Origin: Candidatus Uhrbacteria bacterium
GTDB lineage: Bacteria; Patescibacteriota; Patescibacteriia; JACPHY01
DNA: 64,000 nucleotides
Assembly (NCBI GenBank): GCA_016188355.1
Contig: JACPHY010000001.1
Location: 38,125-102,124, forward strand
Reading direction: 5' to 3'
A program made the position numbers and the translations under genes. The notes below the pieces were generated by a model, which worked only from the letters and a program-made list of their open reading frames with translations, did no database searches and was not told the origin of the DNA. This document shows positions 20,237-28,759 of the stretch, piece by piece (the first letter of the stretch is position 1; every line of letters begins with the position of its first letter).

Positions 20237-21325
20237 ATGACCCACCTTCGGAGCAGCTGGCTCCGTTCACTCGGCATTGGGGCGATGGCGGTGCTCGTGC
20301 TCGGGGGAGCGGGTTGTCGGAATCCATTTCAGGAAGATGCCACAGCGGTGTTGCAGGAGGGGTATACCCGTGCCGTGCAGGCAGAGCATTCGCGGTATGA
20401 GGCGCAGGGAACGGTGCAATTTGCCGCTGCTCTGGGCAATACCGATGCACCCATCCAAGAACTCTCGGTGCAATTTGATGCGCAGGGATCGGATAGTGGG
20501 CGCGGGGCCGCGGCAACGAGTACTGCCGCACAGCGTATTGCGATTACCGTAGATACGTCGGAAGCCATTGCGCGAGCGAACGTGCAATTGGATTCCCGAT
20601 GGGTGGAAGGAAAGACGTACCTCCGTTTGGGGGATATCACGGCAAAATTAGAGCCGAAAGCAGGCACCGATGCCGTATCTGCGCCAGAGGTGAAGGAGAT
20701 GCAGATGGGGACTGATGCAGCGTTGGGTGCGGTGAAGGGAATGTTGGGCGGAAAGTGGATCGCGATTGATTTGAATGCAATTGCCGGAATGGTTGCCGCA
20801 TTGGATCCGGAGATTGTTCCGCCGAAGCTGCCGACCGGTGCAGAGCTGGATGCGCTGGATGCGCGTCTTCGCGCTGCGTTGCAGGCAAATCCGCTGCTCG
20901 TGCTGCGCACGCGCGTCGGTACAGAAAAACTGGACGGCGTCCGGACGTACCACTACACGGTCGGTTTGAATCGTTCGTCCATTCTTCCGCTCATGGAAGC
21001 GGTTGCGGCCGATCTCCAGCTGACCGCATCCGATCTCGACGAGGCGCGCACGGCACTGGCGGATCCGAAGGTGATTGCGGCGCTAGATCAGATGGTTGGC
21101 GATATTTGGATCGCGAAGAAGAGCAAGGACGTGATGCGCATGCGTATCACGGTGGATTCCGAGCAATTTGCGGATGCCGAATTCAATAAAGAGGGGCGTT
21201 TGACGGGAACGATCGATATGCGATTCCGCGACTGGGGGAAGGCGGCACCGGTAGAAGCGCCTAAGGATGCGGTCCCCATCGAGGAACTGCTCGGAGGATT
21301 ATTGGGTGGCGCTGCGATGTTCTAG
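20237..21325 (+). CDS. Putative lipoprotein (LolA/LppX-like fold inferred)
   Basis: Lipobox-like LGGAGC; GTEKLDGVRTYHY and RFRDWGKAAPVEAP pattern. Confidence 0.65.
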   Translation: MTHLRSSWLRSLGIGAMAVLVLGGAGCRNPFQEDATAVLQEGYTRAVQAEHSRYEAQGTVQFAAALGNTDAPIQELSVQFDAQGSDSGRGAAATSTAAQRIAITVDTSEAIARANVQLDSRWVEGKTYLRLGDITAKLEPKAGTDAVSAPEVKEMQMGTDAALGAVKGMLGGKWIAIDLNAIAGMVAALDPEIVPPKLPTGAELDALDARLRAALQANPLLVLRTRVGTEKLDGVRTYHYTVGLNRSSILPLMEAVAADLQLTASDLDEARTALADPKVIAALDQMVGDIWIAKKSKDVMRMRITVDSEQFADAEFNKEGRLTGTIDMRFRDWGKAAPVEAPKDAVPIEELLGGLLGGAAMF

Positions 21326-21386
21326 GTGGAGTTCGTCTCCTCTGGATCATGGCGGTTGATGTGCCGCATGTATTCCTGTGACTGCG

Positions 21387-23135
21387 ATGACGTGGCGAAC
21401 GGCACGACGTGCATCGGGGAGACGGGGGTCTTTGGACCCTCGTCTCCTGGTGTTGGCCGTGGGCTTGGGATTGGCGGGCGTCGTGATTGTGCTTCGGTTA
21501 TTCGTCATTCAGGTGCTCGATCGTTCTTGGTACCGCGGACTTGCGCTCGGCCAGCGAGAACTCGTCGAGCGTATTGCTCCCGAGCGCGGCATGATCGTGG
21601 TACAGGATCGCAGGAGTCCCGGAGGACAGTTTCCCATTGCGACGAATGAGCGAACGTACACGATTTACGCGGTACCAAAAGACATCCGAGATCCGCAGGG
21701 CGCGGCACGAACACTTGCGCCATTGCTCCACCTGCCAGAGGATACCCTCCGGGAGCGCCTCGCGAAGCCGGGAGATCCGTATGAGCCGCTGGTGCGTCGC
21801 GCCTCCATTGCAGAGCGTGACGCGATTGCCGCGTTGCGGATTCCGGGCGTCGCAGCGGAAGCCACGCTTTCGCGATTTTATCCCGATGGATCCGCTATGG
21901 CGCATCTGACGGGATTTGTGGGCGACGGTCCTCATGGGATTTCGGGGCGATATGGAATAGAAGCGGCGTACGATCAGGTCCTCTCCGGTACTCCCGGAGT
22001 GCTCGAATCCGAACGGGATCCCCTCGGGCGGTGGATCGTGTTTGGGCAGCGGAGCGGTACGCCGGCGATCCATGGAGCGACGGTGGCATTGACGATTGAG
22101 CGCGAATTGCAGCTTGAAGCATGTCGCCGCCTGGAAGCTGCGGTGACTGCAGCGGGAGGATCGGGGGGAACGATGGTCATCCTCCATCCCATGACCGGTG
22201 CCGTGCGGGCGTTGTGCAGCGTTCCTGCTTTTGATCCGAATCGGTATGGCGCGACGACCGATCTTGCACGGTTCCATGCACCTGCCGTGACGGGGGCGTA
22301 TGAACCGGGGTCCGTGTTTAAGCCGATGACCATGGCCGCGGCCATTGATGCGGGTGTCGTGCATCCGGACACCACGTTTACCGATACTGGTCGTGTGGTT
22401 ATTGGTCGTGCGGTGATCACGAACAGCAATAATCACATTTACGGGGAATCCACCATGGCCGATGTGCTGCGGTTTTCCATTAACACGGGAACGGTGTTCG
22501 TGGCGCGGAAAATAGGCATGGACCGTTTCCGGGCTGCAGTGGAACGCTTTGGGTTTGGCGCATTGACCGACATCGAGCTTCCCGGGGAATCTGCTGGCGA
22601 TACGAGTAATCTCGCCCGGCGGGAAGAAGTGTATTTGGCGACGAGTTCGTACGGACAGGGCATCACGGTGACGCCGTTGCAGCTCGCGGTGGCCTACGCG
22701 GCTATTGCGAACGGAGGGAATCTCATGCAACCACACGTGGTGGATGCGGTGATGCTGTCGGATGGGACGCGGCGGCGTGTGGAGCCCCGCGTCATCCGTC
22801 GGGTGATGAGCGCCCGGACCGCCACACTCCTCCAGGGAATGTTGGTGTCGGTGGTTCGAGATGGATATCCGAAGCGTGCGGGGGTGCGAGGATATCTTGT
22901 GGGGGGAAAGACCGGAACCGCGCAAATTCCTTTACCCGATCGCCCGGGGTATTCGGCGGATACGATCCATACGTTCGCCGGAATCGGTGCGGTAGATCAT
23001 CCGACCTTTGCGATGGTCGTGCGTATTGATCGACCGACCGTACAGCGGTTCGCAGATTCCACTGCTGCTCCCTTGTTTGGCGAAATGGCGAAATACTTGC
23101 TCGAGTACGACGGCATTCTCCCGAAAAAAAATTAG
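21387..23135 (+). CDS. ftsI: Class B penicillin-binding protein (FtsI/PBP2 type)
   Basis: PERGMI, YEPGSVFK (SxxK), SIN, SYGQG, KTGTAQ. Confidence 0.88.
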   Translation: MTWRTARRASGRRGSLDPRLLVLAVGLGLAGVVIVLRLFVIQVLDRSWYRGLALGQRELVERIAPERGMIVVQDRRSPGGQFPIATNERTYTIYAVPKDIRDPQGAARTLAPLLHLPEDTLRERLAKPGDPYEPLVRRASIAERDAIAALRIPGVAAEATLSRFYPDGSAMAHLTGFVGDGPHGISGRYGIEAAYDQVLSGTPGVLESERDPLGRWIVFGQRSGTPAIHGATVALTIERELQLEACRRLEAAVTAAGGSGGTMVILHPMTGAVRALCSVPAFDPNRYGATTDLARFHAPAVTGAYEPGSVFKPMTMAAAIDAGVVHPDTTFTDTGRVVIGRAVITNSNNHIYGESTMADVLRFSINTGTVFVARKIGMDRFRAAVERFGFGALTDIELPGESAGDTSNLARREEVYLATSSYGQGITVTPLQLAVAYAAIANGGNLMQPHVVDAVMLSDGTRRRVEPRVIRRVMSARTATLLQGMLVSVVRDGYPKRAGVRGYLVGGKTGTAQIPLPDRPGYSADTIHTFAGIGAVDHPTFAMVVRIDRPTVQRFADSTAAPLFGEMAKYLLEYDGILPKKN

Positions 23136-23136
23136 T

Positions 23137-23709
23137 ATGTTGCGTGTGCTCGCGATTGCCGATCGGCCACCACGTCGGCCGATTGCGGAGATTCTTGCGG
23201 AACAATCGATTGATTGTATTGTGACGTTAGGCGATTTGGGTCTTGCGGAGTTGCGAGGATTGGGGGGCGTCACCGGTATTCCGAAGTGGGGAGTGTATGG
23301 GAATCACTGTTCGGGTACTTATTTTCCGGAACTCGGAATCTCCAATCTCCATTGCCGTACGGTTTCGCTGCACGGGGTGACCTTTGGCGGATTTGAGGGA
23401 TCGGTGCGGTACAAAGAGAGTCCATATAGTAAGATGTATACCCAGGAGGAAGCGGCATCGTTGTTGGCTGATTTCCCGCGGGTGGATGTGATGTGCGTGC
23501 ATTGTCCTCCGTACGGTATCAATGACGAGCCAGACGATCTCGCGCACCAGGGATTCCGTGCATTGCGCACCTACTGCGAACAGCAGCGGCCGCGGTATCT
23601 GTTGCACGGGCACACCTATCCCACGGAGCAGCAGCTCGTGCGTCGATATCAGGACACGGAAATAGTGTACGTTTTTAGTGACCGAGTGATTGAGTTGGAT
23701 TTGGCGTAG
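23137..23709 (+). CDS. Calcineurin-like metallophosphoesterase
   Basis: AIAD, LGD, VYGNH, HCPP, HGHT. Confidence 0.85.
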   Translation: MLRVLAIADRPPRRPIAEILAEQSIDCIVTLGDLGLAELRGLGGVTGIPKWGVYGNHCSGTYFPELGISNLHCRTVSLHGVTFGGFEGSVRYKESPYSKMYTQEEAASLLADFPRVDVMCVHCPPYGINDEPDDLAHQGFRALRTYCEQQRPRYLLHGHTYPTEQQLVRRYQDTEIVYVFSDRVIELDLA

Positions 23710-23714
23710 GAGCT

Positions 23715-24992
23715 ATGCGACATCATTTTGAACAATGGGTTGCGCGACTTGCGCGGGGGGTGATTGCGCGGCAGCGGCCGCGTATTGTGGGTGTTACGGG
23801 CAGTGTGGGGAAGACGTCCACGAAGGAGGCGATTCGTGCGGTGCTCGCACGCACGGCGCGCATACGGAGTGCGCCGAAAAATTACAATAATGAGATTGGG
23901 CTTCCGGTGACAATCATCGGCGGCATGGCTCCTGGGCGCTCGCTGTCCGAATGGATCACCCTGCTCCTGCGGGGATGGTGGTATCGACTGTTCCGTAGCG
24001 CTACCTACCCCGAGGTGCTGGTGTTGGAATACGGTGCCGATCACCCCGGGGATCTTGCGCACCTGCTGCGCATTGCCCGGCCGCACATTGGCGTCGTCAC
24101 GGCAGTGGGTCCTGCGCACACCGAATTTTTTGGTACGCTAGATCGCGTGATTGCCGAAAAACGGCGACTCATTGAAGCGCTACCGCAGGATGGCGTGGCG
24201 ATTCTCAACGCGGATGATGCCAATGTTCTCGGCATGCGGGCGCATACCCGTGCGCGGGTGTGGACGTATGGATTTGCCGAATCCGCCGATGTGCGGGGGG
24301 CAGAATACCAGATTGCGTGGCAGGATCACATGCCGACGGGCATCGCCCTGAAGATCCTTGCGGAGGGAAGCGTCGTCCCCGTGCACCTTCGCGGATGCAT
24401 TGGCATGAGTCATGCGAGCGCGGCGCTTGCCGCAGCGACGGTGGGATTGGCATCACGTCAGCATCTCGTCGCGATTTCGCATGCGCTCGAGCAGTATGTG
24501 CCGCCGCCGAGTCGCATGGCGCTCTTGCCGGGCATTAAGCGGACGATATTGATCGATGATTCGTACAATGCCTCGCCGTTGGCTGTGACACACGCACTCG
24601 AAGTGGTTCGTGCAATGCGCACGACTGGTCGGCAATTTGTGGTATTGGGCGACATGCTCGAATTGGGCGCACATACCGATGCGGAGCATGCGCGCGTGGG
24701 CGAGCAGGTGGCGGAACTGCGTCCGGATTATTTTGTGGTTGTTGGTGAAGCGATGCGGATCGCGGCGGCGCGCGCGCAGGAATCCGGACTCCCCAAGGAT
24801 CGCGTGCTGACATTCCGTACCGCAGCAGAAGCGGGTCGGTACGTGCAAGATCTCCTTACCCCTGGGGATGTGGTGCTGGTGAAGGGGTCCCAGGGCGTCC
24901 GTATGGAGCGCGTGGTGGTCGAGCTGATGGCCGAGCCATTGCGGAAAGCGGAGCTCGTGTGCCGTCAGGATTCGGCGTGGGAGCAGCGTTGA
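23715..24992 (+). CDS. murF: UDP-MurNAc-tripeptide--D-Ala-D-Ala ligase
   Basis: GVTGSVGKTSTKE, NYNNEIGLP, DDSYNASP, LGDMLELG, LVKGSQG. Confidence 0.93.
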   Translation: MRHHFEQWVARLARGVIARQRPRIVGVTGSVGKTSTKEAIRAVLARTARIRSAPKNYNNEIGLPVTIIGGMAPGRSLSEWITLLLRGWWYRLFRSATYPEVLVLEYGADHPGDLAHLLRIARPHIGVVTAVGPAHTEFFGTLDRVIAEKRRLIEALPQDGVAILNADDANVLGMRAHTRARVWTYGFAESADVRGAEYQIAWQDHMPTGIALKILAEGSVVPVHLRGCIGMSHASAALAAATVGLASRQHLVAISHALEQYVPPPSRMALLPGIKRTILIDDSYNASPLAVTHALEVVRAMRTTGRQFVVLGDMLELGAHTDAEHARVGEQVAELRPDYFVVVGEAMRIAAARAQESGLPKDRVLTFRTAAEAGRYVQDLLTPGDVVLVKGSQGVRMERVVVELMAEPLRKAELVCRQDSAWEQR

Positions 24993-25046
24993 CGAGTACG
25001 GAATCGATTGGCACAGTAGGAGCGATGCGCGAGATGCGCATCGTGC

Positions 25047-25124
25047 GCCGCCATCGTCTAGCCCGGTCTAGGACGTCGCCCTCTCACGGCGAAAACACCG
25101 GTTCAAATCCGGTTGGCGGTACCA
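25047..25124 (+). tRNA. tRNA-Glu(CUC)
   Basis: GCCGCCA/TGGCGGT acceptor, TCGCC-CTCTCAC-GGCGA anticodon arm, TTCAAAT T-loop, encoded CCA. Confidence 0.95.
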
Positions 25125-25139
25125 AAAGAGTATTTGACG

Positions 25140-25174
25140 ACCAATACCACCCACGCGAGGGTGGTATTGGTTTT
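25140..25174 (+). terminator. Intrinsic terminator after tRNA-Glu
   Basis: 13-bp stem ACCAATACCACCC/GGGTGGTATTGGT followed by T run. Confidence 0.8.
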
Positions 25175-25175
25175 G

Positions 25176-25204
25176 TTGCACTAGAGCATCGCCAGTGTTA
25201 TTAT
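25176..25204 (+). promoter_or_regulatory. Sigma70-type promoter of the HTH / HD-ligase / kinase module
   Basis: TTGCAC-17 bp-TATTAT with extended -10 TG. Confidence 0.6.
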
Positions 25205-25231
25205 GTTCCTGCTTTGCGAAAGGAGAGGGCA

Positions 25232-25534
25232 ATGGATCATGGCGAAGTGTTGAGCGACCCTACGGCGTACCTCACGTACGCGCGGAATGCGGATTGCAGT
25301 GATGCCCAGCAATTCCAGCGACTCGTACGGGATGGCATGGCGATTGCGGGTTGCGAGTCAAAAGTGCTGGCGCGCGAATTCGGAACTTCGCTGCCGACCG
25401 TGGCGCGGTGGAAGCAGGGTGTCACAGCGCCGGCGCGATTTTTGCGCCCGAAGATTGTGGCATTTCTCGTGCAGTTGGTGGAACGGCGGCTGGCGCAGAC
25501 GACGGACGGAGATCGTACGCCGCCCAAGGCATGA
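25232..25534 (+). CDS. Small XRE/Cro-like HTH protein (100 aa)
   Basis: SKVLAREFGTSLPTVARWKQGVTAP; SD-like AGGAGAGG upstream. Confidence 0.75.
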   Translation: MDHGEVLSDPTAYLTYARNADCSDAQQFQRLVRDGMAIAGCESKVLAREFGTSLPTVARWKQGVTAPARFLRPKIVAFLVQLVERRLAQTTDGDRTPPKA

Positions 25535-25570
25535 CCTGGGGCGGCGTTCCATGTTGTAATGGGAGACGTT

Positions 25571-26914
25571 ATGCCTGACATGGACCATTTTTTGGATTTG
25601 CCGTATCAAGAGCGCCGGTGGGCGAATCTGGTGCTCACGTTGCCTCAAGCAACGGTGCTTTCCGCTGCGTACACATTTGCACGTGATGCGCACGCCACGC
25701 AGACGCGGAAGGGGAGTCCTGCGCTTCCGTATATTATTCATCCGATGCGGGTGGCGCTGGCGCTCATCGAGGAGTACCGCATTGATGATGCGGCAGTGAT
25801 TGCTGCTGCATTACTTCATGATGTGGTGGAGGATTGTGGGGTCGCGGCGGAGGTGATTCGTCGGGAGTTTGGTGGGCGTGTGGGTGATTTGGTGGCGGAG
25901 CTCACCTGGCCACGGGATCGTATGGCGATGTGGGAGCGTGCAGTGGCCTTGCCGCGCGCGTCGCATGCCGTCCGCATGGTGAAGGCCGCCGATATCATCG
26001 ATAACCTGCGTGATCTCGGATGCACCGCATCGGTTCCTCGTCCGGCAGTATTGCGGAGCGTGTACGGATACGCGCGTTGGGGGCGTGCCTTGCTTACCAC
26101 ATTGGATGCCCGTGCGCAGGAGCAATTTACGGAGGCGCTCGCGGTGGTACGTCGAGTGCATGGTGGGGATGATGGTGCACTGCCGCTGCCGCCGAATCCA
26201 GAAAAAGAATGTCGCATCGTGCTTCCGGATGGGGTATCCGTCGATCGGTATCCGGTTCGGACGCACCTCGTTCGTCCCGCGGATGAGGTACTCGCGTTGG
26301 TGCGTCAGTATGCGATTGCGCATTGCCAATGGGGCGACCTCCTTGCCATTTCTGAGCGCGTCGTTGCTATTACCCAGGGCCGTGCGTATCCCCTTGCGGA
26401 GATCCATCCATCCTGGTGGGCGAATTTCCTTGTTCGGTTTGTCCACAAATCGAAATATGGGATCGGGCTGGGATCGCCATGGACCATGGAACTTGCCATT
26501 CGGGAGGCGGGTCTCCCGCGCATGTGCGTCGCTGCTTTCGCTGCGGCGATGACGAAGCCACTGGGCATTCGTGGCGTATTTTATCGGGTGGTGGGGAAGC
26601 ACATTAATGCAATCGATGGTCCCTGCGACTACACATTGCCGATCGCGGATTCCGATACAGCGGGCAAGCCGACACAGGGAAGCGGGTATGCCAAGCTCGG
26701 TCCCAAAGATCCGGATGGCGTGGCACAGCGCATCGCACGGGAAATTGGCGTGGATGTGGCGATCATTGATGCGAATGATCTCGGGGTGAATGTGCTCGGT
26801 GCATCCGATGGGGTGGATCGCGCATTCGTTGCAGCGGCATTTCGCGACAATCCCCTCGGGCAAACGAATGAGCAGACGCCCATGGCAATCGTGCGGCGCG
26901 CGACATCGGTATGA
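25571..26914 (+). CDS. Fusion of RelA/SpoT/Mesh1-type HD hydrolase and CofE/F420-0:gamma-glutamyl-ligase-like domain
   Basis: N-half AHATQTRK..PYIIHPMRVA..AAALLHDVVED..VKAADIIDNLRD. C-half PVRTHLV..GDLLAISERVVAITQGR..FYRVVG..AIDGP..IIDANDLG..DNPLGQTNEQTP. Confidence 0.8.
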   Translation: MPDMDHFLDLPYQERRWANLVLTLPQATVLSAAYTFARDAHATQTRKGSPALPYIIHPMRVALALIEEYRIDDAAVIAAALLHDVVEDCGVAAEVIRREFGGRVGDLVAELTWPRDRMAMWERAVALPRASHAVRMVKAADIIDNLRDLGCTASVPRPAVLRSVYGYARWGRALLTTLDARAQEQFTEALAVVRRVHGGDDGALPLPPNPEKECRIVLPDGVSVDRYPVRTHLVRPADEVLALVRQYAIAHCQWGDLLAISERVVAITQGRAYPLAEIHPSWWANFLVRFVHKSKYGIGLGSPWTMELAIREAGLPRMCVAAFAAAMTKPLGIRGVFYRVVGKHINAIDGPCDYTLPIADSDTAGKPTQGSGYAKLGPKDPDGVAQRIAREIGVDVAIIDANDLGVNVLGASDGVDRAFVAAAFRDNPLGQTNEQTPMAIVRRATSV

Positions 26915-27432
26915 CGCAGCTCGTGGTGGTGTGCGGATTGCCGGGCACCGGAAAAACTACGCTCGCGCAGGCGCTTGCGGCGCGTTGGCATTGGCCATGT
27001 TTCAGTAAAGATGCAACCTGCAAAGAGCCGCTCTACGAGTTGCTCGGCGGATCCACTCTGGAGGAGAGTCGTCGTTTGGGGAGCGTGGCGATTCAGATGC
27101 TCCTGCGTATGGTGGAGATGCAACTGCGCTATGGCGTTTCGTGCATTGTGGAGGCCCCATTTCAGTATTCGGAGGATGGTGTCCGTTTTGCGCAATGGGC
27201 GGAGGAGTATGGCGTCGCGATCACCTGCGTCGTCTGTACCGTGGATGAGGAGGAGCGGTTGCGTCGATTTCGATCACGCACGCGACATCCGGCACATCAT
27301 GATGCAGATCGGACACCACATGCGGCGCATGCGGTGCCCTATCACTCGTTTCCGGGTGAGCTAATCTGGTTGGATACCGCACAGCCCCTGGAGGACGTGA
27401 TCGGTGCGGTCGAGCGTCAGGTTTCGAGGTAA
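26911..27432 (+). CDS. P-loop nucleotide/small-molecule kinase (AAA_33-like)
   Basis: VVVCGLPGTGKTT, SKD..KEPL, RFRSRTRHPAHHD. ATGA overlap with the upstream gene. Confidence 0.85.
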   Translation: MTQLVVVCGLPGTGKTTLAQALAARWHWPCFSKDATCKEPLYELLGGSTLEESRRLGSVAIQMLLRMVEMQLRYGVSCIVEAPFQYSEDGVRFAQWAEEYGVAITCVVCTVDEEERLRRFRSRTRHPAHHDADRTPHAAHAVPYHSFPGELIWLDTAQPLEDVIGAVERQVSR

Positions 27433-27471
27433 TTAGCAGTCGCTTGACGAGACTGCTAATCTCGGTACGAT
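27433..27471 (+). promoter_or_regulatory. CIRCE operator (variant) overlapping the hrcA promoter
   Basis: TTAGCAGTC-N9-GACTGCTAA at 27433-27459. -35 TTGACG (27444-27449) lies in the spacer; -10 TACGAT at 27466-27471. Confidence 0.88.
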
Positions 27472-27481
27472 AGGGATGTGT

Positions 27482-28192
27482 ATGCTGGATACCCGGAAAA
27501 CGGCCATTCTCTGGTCCGTCATCGAAACCTACGTCGTTTCTGCCGCTCCCGTCTCGTCCCAAATTGTGGTCGAGCGTGGTGGCGTGGATGCGAGTCCGGC
27601 AACCATTCGGAATGACATGGCGCTGCTCGAGGAGGAAGGGTATCTGCATCAGCCACATACATCTGCCGGTCGCGTGCCCACCGAACGGGCGTATCGCGAG
27701 TACGTCGAATATCTCCTGCAGCATCATGCGCAACTCGTTCCGCGTGCCATGCGTATCGTCCTTTCGGTGGTCGAGGATATTGATGATGACGTGCACGTTG
27801 CGGGGAAATTACTGGCGCGCACATTGGCGGATGTGACGGCAGAGGCCATTGTGGTGGGATTTCCAGAGGGAGACGCGTACGCTACGGGCCTCGCCCATCT
27901 CGTCATTCAGCCGGAGTTCCATGATCCCGAGGTGCTGCAGCGGTTTTCGGTGGCGGTGGATCGCCTCGAGGAAACGTTGCAAGTGCTCGGAGAACGCGTG
28001 GGGCGAGCGCCGACGGTGATCCTCGGTGCAGAAAATCCATTTGGACCGCAGTGCGGAACGATTGCGAGTTGTCTCGAGCTGCCGGAGGGCCAGCAGATGA
28101 CACTTGGTATTGTCGGCCCGATGCGGATGGCGTATGACCAGCACCTGGGACTTTTGCGGACAATTGATGGCCTGATTCGCCAAACGATATGA
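27482..28192 (+). CDS. hrcA: Heat-inducible transcription repressor HrcA (short form)
   Basis: PVSS, SPATIRNDMALLEEEGYLHQPHTSAGRVPTERAYREYV, LGIVGPMRMAY. Confidence 0.93.
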   Translation: MLDTRKTAILWSVIETYVVSAAPVSSQIVVERGGVDASPATIRNDMALLEEEGYLHQPHTSAGRVPTERAYREYVEYLLQHHAQLVPRAMRIVLSVVEDIDDDVHVAGKLLARTLADVTAEAIVVGFPEGDAYATGLAHLVIQPEFHDPEVLQRFSVAVDRLEETLQVLGERVGRAPTVILGAENPFGPQCGTIASCLELPEGQQMTLGIVGPMRMAYDQHLGLLRTIDGLIRQTI

Positions 28193-28638
28193 CCGATACC
28201 CCACAGCTCGCCGATGAGGCCCCGCAAGCGGATGATGTCCATGCCGCGTGTCAGCAGCAGTTCGCGGCGATTGAGGCGAAATGGAAACGCGCTATTGCGG
28301 ACTACCAAAATCGTGAACGGGACATCGCGCGGGAGCGTGAGGAGTTCGCGAAGTACGTTGCGGCGGATGTGATTCGAGACTTTCTCCCGCTCATGGATGC
28401 GATTGTTGCGGCGCAATCCCTTCCTGCGCTCCATCAACTTGGACTGGAGATACTGAAGCGCAATGGAGTGACGCCCACGGGTTTGGTGGGCGAGCGCGTG
28501 GACTATCTCCAGCACGAGGTGGTGGCCACGAAAGCGGAATCAGGAAAGGCAGCCGGTGAAATTGTGGAGGTCGTGCAGGTGGGATATGTCATGAATGGAC
28601 GGGTTCTGCGGGTGGCGAAGGTGATCATTGCGGCATAA
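28189..28638 (+). CDS. grpE: Nucleotide exchange factor GrpE
   Basis: RAIADYQN, FLPLMD, HEVV, QVGYVMNGRVLRVAKV; position between hrcA and dnaK. Confidence 0.92.
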   Translation: MTDTPQLADEAPQADDVHAACQQQFAAIEAKWKRAIADYQNRERDIAREREEFAKYVAADVIRDFLPLMDAIVAAQSLPALHQLGLEILKRNGVTPTGLVGERVDYLQHEVVATKAESGKAAGEIVEVVQVGYVMNGRVLRVAKVIIAA

Positions 28639-28759
28639 CGAAAAGATCCCCGCGCGGCGCAGTCGATGATGGTGCCGACGGGAGTGGTTCCCGTCAGATT
28701 GCAAAGAGCTCGGGCGTGCGTCTCCATTGTCCAACGTGGCCTTTTTTGAATTTCGTCAT

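Noticed and set aside
23121-23139. A8 run as a programmed frameshift fusing the PBP to the phosphoesterase
   Set aside because: Fusion needs a +1 shift, the downstream gene has its own T-ATG start, and an extracytoplasmic PBP fused to a cytoplasmic enzyme is implausible.
24959-25231. N-terminal extension of the HTH ORF
   Set aside because: It overlaps tRNA-Glu and its terminator; the real start is likely 25232.
25047-27432. Integrated element at tRNA-Glu
   Set aside because: I found no integrase and no duplicated tRNA 3' end (att site) by eye.
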